Shown one piece after another: positions 17,179-21,758 of a DNA stretch of 21,758 nt (positions are counted from its first letter, which is position 1; each line of letters opens with the position of its first letter). Position numbers and translations under genes: made by a program. A model generated the notes under the pieces. It was not told the DNA's origin and made no database searches. It worked only from the letters and a program-made list of their open reading frames with translations. The stretch comes from Coleofasciculus chthonoplastes F2-STO-03 (lineage in GTDB: Bacteria; Cyanobacteriota; Cyanobacteriia; Cyanobacteriales; Coleofasciculaceae), in NCBI GenBank assembly GCA_040222015.1, contig JAVJWO010000213.1, positions 1 to 21,758 of the forward strand. Reading direction: 5' to 3'.

Positions 17179-17182
17179 ATAA

Positions 17183-17632
17183 TTACTTCACCTCAATATC
17201 AAATGTTTCTTGTCCAGACATAGCCGGATCATTCGATTTCACCGCCATCATCCATTTTCCTGTCATCCCCATGTTAGTCATCACCTTGTATCGTCCAGGC
17301 TGAGTGTCAGGTTCTACCTTAGTCATGGCTGTCATTGGCTCCATGTCTTCCATCTCCATAGACAGATCGACTTGTAGATCCTCTACGGCTACAGGTTCAT
17401 TAGTAGCGGGATCAATCACCTCGACCACGAATTCCGCATCACCCATCGGCACAGTGCCATCTTCCGGAGACACCATGGTGATGATTACATCATTTTCGGC
17501 AGAGGATGCCATCGTTTCGGTTGTCGGAGCAGTAGCTGCATCGGTTTCGACTTCACTCTCCACTTGATTAGCACTACTGCAAGCGGTGGTCAAAACGCTG
17601 ATTGTCAGCACGAGCAACAAAAGTTTTTTCAT
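17183..17632 (-). CDS. FixH/YtkA-like Met-rich lipoprotein (CopC-like)
   Basis: GAGG RBS and ATG at 17632. Signal peptide MKKLLLLVLTISVLTTAC with lipobox; motifs MEMEDMEPM, PGRYKV, MGMTGKW. Confidence 0.85.
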   Translation of the reverse strand: MKKLLLLVLTISVLTTACSSANQVESEVETDAATAPTTETMASSAENDVIITMVSPEDGTVPMGDAEFVVEVIDPATNEPVAVEDLQVDLSMEMEDMEPMTAMTKVEPDTQPGRYKVMTNMGMTGKWMMAVKSNDPAMSGQETFDIEVK

Positions 17633-17694
17633 CAGAATCCTCACTGAAATAGAATTGAACAATTGTGAAATCAAAAGGATTGCATTTTTTTCTT

Positions 17695-17755
17695 CCCCAT
17701 TTTCCAGACGTGCCATGGCACGTCTCTACAACCCCATTTTCCAGACGTGCCATGG
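17695..17755. repeat. REP palindrome with a 24-bp partial duplication
   Basis: CCCCATTTTCCAGACGTGCCATGG occurs at 17695 and 17732; the first copy continues CACGTCTCTACA. Confidence 0.88.
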
Positions 17756-17769
17756 TTTGCCTGATAATG

Positions 17770-19530
17770 TTACTCAACTGCCACCTTGAGCATAGTTTGA
17801 CCCGCATAATCGGGGTCTTTAACCTCGACTTTAATATGCCACTCTCCCGCCATGCCAAAATGAGTTTTGACCTGGAACTGCCCGGGTTTGTCAGTTGGTT
17901 CTAGTTCCACCATCGTCGTCATTGGCGGCATATTGGGCATAGGCATGGTGACGTCTACCGCCACATCCTTAGCGGGTAAGGGTTCTTGAGTCTGGGGATC
18001 ACGGACTTCTAGGATGAGTTCAGCCCCCCCTGACTTAAATCCCTTGGTAGGATCAGGGACAACGATCGCAACCTCAATCTTGTCCTGACTACTATCCCCT
18101 AACATCGGTACGGGATCGCCAGTGTCATCCACCACCATCACTTGAGCATTGGGGACGAGGCGACTATCTCCAGAAGTAATCACGCGATCGCCTACTTTGA
18201 GTCCCTGGGTGATTTCCATGCGATCGCCACTAATCATCCCCCTCTCAACCTGACGCCGTTGCGCCTGATTGTCCTCAATCACCCACACTGAATCGGCGCC
18301 ATTGAATTCTCCCACGGCGTTTCGAGGCACCGATATCGTATTTGCCTTGCGATTGGTGAGAATAGTCATATCCAAAAACTGCCCGGATAACAGACGCTCT
18401 TGAGGATTATCCACCACCGCTTCCACTGTCACCGTGCGGGTATCATTGTTAGTTTGGGGGAAAATACTGGTAATTTCCCCAGTTAAAGGTTGATCCGTTA
18501 CCCCTGGCACCTGGGCTTGAATCGGTGTACCAACGCGGATAGATCCAGCATCATCCTGTGCTACATTCGCCTGGAGTCGTACTCGCGAATAGTCGCCGAT
18601 TTTCAGTACACCCATACCGGGCTGTACGACAACGCCCGGATCGACCATACGAGTTTGAATAATGCCACTAATCGGGGATTGCAATTTCGTGTAACTCTGC
18701 ATTACCGTCGCTGTACCCACCTCCGCTCGCGCCTGACCCACCTTGGCGCGATTTTGATCCACTTCAGCAAGTAACCTTGCTCGTCTTGCTTTTGCTCCCT
18801 TAATCGCCGCCTGTTTAGCATTCACTTCAGAAGCGACAATGTCTAAGTCATCTTGGGCAATCGCTCCTTCTGCAACGAGGGTGGCAAAGCGTTTCTGTCG
18901 TAGCTGTAAATAATCCAGTTCAGCTTGCAAGCGGGCAATTTCTTGGGTTTGCTCTTCAATCTGGACTTGGCTCGCCCGCAATGAGGTTTCCATCGCATCG
19001 GCTTCCGCCTGGGCTTCTGCCAATTCCGTCGAGCGTTCCGTTGCATCCAATTGAGCCAACACTTGTCCCGCCTTGACGCGATCGCCTGGGTAAACTGAAT
19101 AATTGGTTAATTGTCCGGCAACCCGTGGATAAACAACCACTTCCTGATAAGGCATTATCGAGCCAGTGTAGGACACCGAAGCCTCAAATTCTCCAAGCTG
19201 CACCACCTCTACCGTCACCGGAATCGGGTTAAACGCACCATTCACCTGCATCATGTCATCGTGAGACATTCCCGACATATCATGACCTTCCATCCCAGCC
19301 ATAGAGTTAGTCGGTTTGATTTGATTCGTGATCAGGAGGATACTACTGCTGAGTAGGGCGAAGACTCCCAGACCTAATAAAACCCGTCCGTATTTTTTGC
19401 GGCTAGACGGCTGTCGCACTTTTTGGTCTGGTTCGGACCTTAAAGAGTCAGGAGATTCAGATAAAGAGTCTGGAGCGTTGGGACAAGACTCGTCAATATC
19501 CGAATGGGGTAGGGGAGGTTCCAGAGACAT
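17770..19530 (-). CDS. RND periplasmic adaptor (MFP) with Met/His-rich N-terminus and C-terminal FixH/YtkA-like domain (CopB-like)
   Basis: TM anchor, MAGMEGHDMSGMSHDDMM, lipoyl-like YPGDRVKAGQ, coiled coil, SPISG, TRTVTV; C-terminal MPMPNMPPM...FGMAGEW. Confidence 0.92.
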   Translation of the reverse strand: MSLEPPLPHSDIDESCPNAPDSLSESPDSLRSEPDQKVRQPSSRKKYGRVLLGLGVFALLSSSILLITNQIKPTNSMAGMEGHDMSGMSHDDMMQVNGAFNPIPVTVEVVQLGEFEASVSYTGSIMPYQEVVVYPRVAGQLTNYSVYPGDRVKAGQVLAQLDATERSTELAEAQAEADAMETSLRASQVQIEEQTQEIARLQAELDYLQLRQKRFATLVAEGAIAQDDLDIVASEVNAKQAAIKGAKARRARLLAEVDQNRAKVGQARAEVGTATVMQSYTKLQSPISGIIQTRMVDPGVVVQPGMGVLKIGDYSRVRLQANVAQDDAGSIRVGTPIQAQVPGVTDQPLTGEITSIFPQTNNDTRTVTVEAVVDNPQERLLSGQFLDMTILTNRKANTISVPRNAVGEFNGADSVWVIEDNQAQRRQVERGMISGDRMEITQGLKVGDRVITSGDSRLVPNAQVMVVDDTGDPVPMLGDSSQDKIEVAIVVPDPTKGFKSGGAELILEVRDPQTQEPLPAKDVAVDVTMPMPNMPPMTTMVELEPTDKPGQFQVKTHFGMAGEWHIKVEVKDPDYAGQTMLKVAVE

Positions 19531-19576
19531 AGGACATTCAGTCTGGATCAGACTACTGAAGAATCGTATCTATTTA

Positions 19577-19612
19577 AAGGTATCAGTTAATTATGAAATC
19601 AGAATGAAATCA
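19577..19612 (-). promoter_or_regulatory. CopR/NrsR(RppA)-type direct-repeat operator plus -10 box
   Basis: Minus strand reads TGATTTCAT-TC-TGATTTCAT (TTTCAT-N5-TTTCAT, 11-bp period), then 10 nt later TACCTT preceded by TGn; about 46 nt upstream of the MFP ATG. Confidence 0.8.
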
Positions 19613-19686
19613 TGACCGGGCGGATATCTTAATAGAAATTACACGGAACATTTGCATTTTTGGCTCGCCTAAACCCTTGATCTACC

Positions 19687-19718
19687 GTAGGGTGGGTTTC
19701 GACTTCGCTCAACCCACC
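19687..19718. repeat. GTAG REP whose loop is a TTCGACTTCGCTCA unit
   Basis: GTAGGGTGGGTTTCGACTTCGCTCAACCCACC. Confidence 0.8.
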
Positions 19719-19791
19719 AGCCTTTGCTACACGGCAACTCTAGTCGCTAACCCCTTTCGCACTAAACTGTCGGTAAAATTATCGTCCTAGG

Positions 19792-21153
19792 TCATCCTCT
19801 CAAAGGTAATCGAATTGTGAATGTACTACCAACGCCTAATTCACTCTGTACCTGCAAACTACCGTGGTGTGCAGTAGCGATCGCCTTAGCAATAGCCAAG
19901 CCTAATCCCGAACCCCCCGTATGACGAGAGCGATCGCGATTCACTCGATAGAAGCGATCGAAAATGTGGGCTTGTTCTGTCGGTGCAATGCCAATCCCGG
20001 TATCGGTTACTTGAATCACAGCCGTGTGATCGCTTTTCTCTAAACTCACGTTAATGCTTTTGCCTGCTGGGGTGTAGCGAATGGCATTATCAATCAAGTT
20101 AGAGACTAATCGATACAACTGCGGTTCATTTCCCAGAACGTAAATTAATGGCTTGGGAATATCATAAGTTAATTGAATGTCAGAACCTGTGGCTAGTTCC
20201 AAAAACTCTTCTGACAAATCGCTAATCAAATCATTTAAACAACAGGGTTGAAACGTTTCGGATGATGAGTGTTGTTCTAGGCTGGTAAGTTGAAGTAAGT
20301 CAGCGATTAAATGACTTAACCGTCGTCCCTGTCGCTCGATCTGACGTAACATTGTGTGAGTGTCTTGGGGATTTGAAAAGGGAACCCGTAATATGGCTTC
20401 CACTGTCGCTAACAGGCTAGCCAAGGGTGTCCGTAATTCGTGAGCAGCATCAGCGGTAAATTGTTGCTGCTGTCGATAGGATTGGTATATCGGTTGCATT
20501 GCCAATCCAGAGAGCCACCAACTGGAGGCTGTAACTAATCCCAGAACCAGGGGTAGCCAACTGACTAAAATCCGTTGAATGCGAACCTTTTCGGCGTCTA
20601 GAGGGGCTAATGTGCGTCCAATCTGTAAATACCCCCAAGATGAGCGCTGAGTTTCCGGGTTGGGGTTAGCATCAGCACTGTGCAGCATAATTGTAAATTG
20701 GCGATAGCGGATACCCTGAGTTGTGGAAATCGTTTGCCATGGCTGTGGATTGAAAGTTGGGGATAGATTCGGGGGTTGATTGGGTGAAAAGGCGAGCAGT
20801 TTGCCCCGGTGATTAAATAGGCGAATATAGTAAGTGTCGCGATCGCTAATTCCCATCGTATGACGCTGAATCACTGTGGGCTTCCGATTACAGGGGTGTT
20901 GGTTCAGGCACAATTCGGGAAAAAGTTGACGCAATACCGTTGTGGGATCTGCCGATGGCGGGAGCAGGGGTTCTACACTGTCGTGTAACGTACCAGCAAT
21001 CGACTCAATTTCCCGTTCCATTGCTACCCAGTTTGCCCGAATCAATGCCCGATATGCCCCTAATCCAGAGATACTCAAAATCACGCCCATCACTCCAGCG
21101 TACCAAAGGCATAAACGCAGGCGACTGCGACGGAACAGCAAATTATTGCTCAT
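19792..21153 (-). CDS. rppB: Two-component sensor histidine kinase, RppB/NrsS/CopS family
   Basis: Two TM segments; H-box FTADAAHELRTP, N-box NLIDNAIRY, DTGIGI, FDRFYR, GSGLGLAI. Start overlaps the regulator stop (ATGA). Confidence 0.88.
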   Translation of the reverse strand: MSNNLLFRRSRLRLCLWYAGVMGVILSISGLGAYRALIRANWVAMEREIESIAGTLHDSVEPLLPPSADPTTVLRQLFPELCLNQHPCNRKPTVIQRHTMGISDRDTYYIRLFNHRGKLLAFSPNQPPNLSPTFNPQPWQTISTTQGIRYRQFTIMLHSADANPNPETQRSSWGYLQIGRTLAPLDAEKVRIQRILVSWLPLVLGLVTASSWWLSGLAMQPIYQSYRQQQQFTADAAHELRTPLASLLATVEAILRVPFSNPQDTHTMLRQIERQGRRLSHLIADLLQLTSLEQHSSSETFQPCCLNDLISDLSEEFLELATGSDIQLTYDIPKPLIYVLGNEPQLYRLVSNLIDNAIRYTPAGKSINVSLEKSDHTAVIQVTDTGIGIAPTEQAHIFDRFYRVNRDRSRHTGGSGLGLAIAKAIATAHHGSLQVQSELGVGSTFTIRLPLRG

Positions 21154-21619
21154 GGCTGAATAGTGAATCGGTAGCCTTTACCGGGAACCGTTTCAATGGG
21201 ACAATCGCAGCCGTAGCTGGCTAGTTTGCGGCGTAATAAGCGCGTATGTGCGGCTACGACATTACTCATGGGTTCGGCGTCTAGATCCCAAAGCTGATGG
21301 CGCAGCTTACTACCGGGAATGATGCGATCGCGATTTTGCATCAGGTAGGTGAGAATCTGAAATTCTTTGGTGGTTAACGAAATTGTCTCAACAGATTGGT
21401 CAATTCGGCAAACCTGGAGGGTACTGTTGGCAGGATCGAGGGTGAACCCACCCACGCTTAAAGTTTGGGGTTGTAGCTGGGGTGAGCGCCGCTGTAAAGC
21501 GCGTAATCGTGCCAGCAATTCGTCCATGACAAAGGGTTTGACTAAATAATCATCGGCTCCAGCATCCAACCCCGCCACTCGTTTATCCGGTTGACTCAGG
21601 GCAGTGAGCATGAGTACAG
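21150..21619 (-). pseudogene. rppA: OmpR-family response regulator (RppA/NrsR/CopR-like), 3' part only, interrupted by an IS
   Basis: Starts abruptly at VLMLTA and keeps GLDAGADDYLVKPF plus the winged helix (ETVPGKGY). The first half of the receiver domain, with the phospho-Asp, is replaced by the IS end. Confidence 0.88.
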
Positions 21620-21758
21620 TTGACTTCTCCCCTGGTTAAAAACGCAGGGGATTCTAAGAGGATACTGCGGGACGGGCTAAAGCCGCGTCCCTCCGTTTCA
21701 TCTTCTTAGAGTTCCAGAGGAAAACCCTGGATGGCGCAGTCAAAAACGCCCTACTGAC
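21620..21758 (-). mobile_element. Right end of an IS200/IS605-family element (tnpB 3' tail and omegaRNA region)
   Basis: Minus strand ends GAATCCCCTGCGTTTTTAACCAGGGGAGAAGTCAA (subterminal hairpin plus TCAA). The upstream frame VSRAFLTAPSRVFLWNSKKMKRRDAALARPAVSS* (stop 21656-21654) resembles a TnpB C-terminal tail. Confidence 0.88.

Larger units (their letters stand above)
2393..21331. other. HIP1 octamer GCGATCGC, dispersed (at least 18 copies)
   Basis: Seen at 2393, 2591, 5770, 6193, 7710, 10589, 13338, 14339, 14956, 15224, 15251, 18184, 18220, 19078, 19877, 19930, 20839 and 21324. Confidence 0.9.

Noticed and set aside
3551..21549. Numerous short antisense or overlapping ORFs inside SDR, comB, hetZ-like, prmA, serA, RND, MFP and kinase genes
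   Set aside because: Shadows of well-supported genes with no independent coding signal.

Overview
Cyanobacterial chromosomal window. Evidence: at least 18 HIP1 GCGATCGC sites, heptamer STRR arrays, GTAG-type REP palindromes and a hetZ-related gene; a filamentous species is likely (inference). Left end (accessory): a translationally coupled minus-strand pair, an N-terminal-HTH/P-loop ATPase gene broken by one in-frame TAG followed by a membrane protein with 23 x 12-bp GVAx repeats. It faces a small membrane-peptide gene across a repeat-rich intergenic region. Middle (mostly housekeeping): pheS, an SDR oxidoreductase, a decayed IS200/IS605 tnpB element, comB, a YrdC/YciO-family gene, the HetZ-related gene, a PHP hydrolase, a PPC-domain protein, prmA and serA. 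Right end: a Met-rich heavy-metal RND efflux operon (MFP, FixH/YtkA lipoprotein, RND; copBAC-like) with a CopR/NrsR-type direct-repeat promoter. It lies downstream of an RppB/CopS-like kinase whose response regulator is interrupted by a second IS605-family element. Main candidates for follow-up: the HTH-ATPase/GVAx/small-peptide module, the IS-disrupted metal regulator, the tnpB remnant with an intact omegaRNA end, and a roughly five-level nested mini-repeat. All family assignments come from recalled motifs; no database searches were run.
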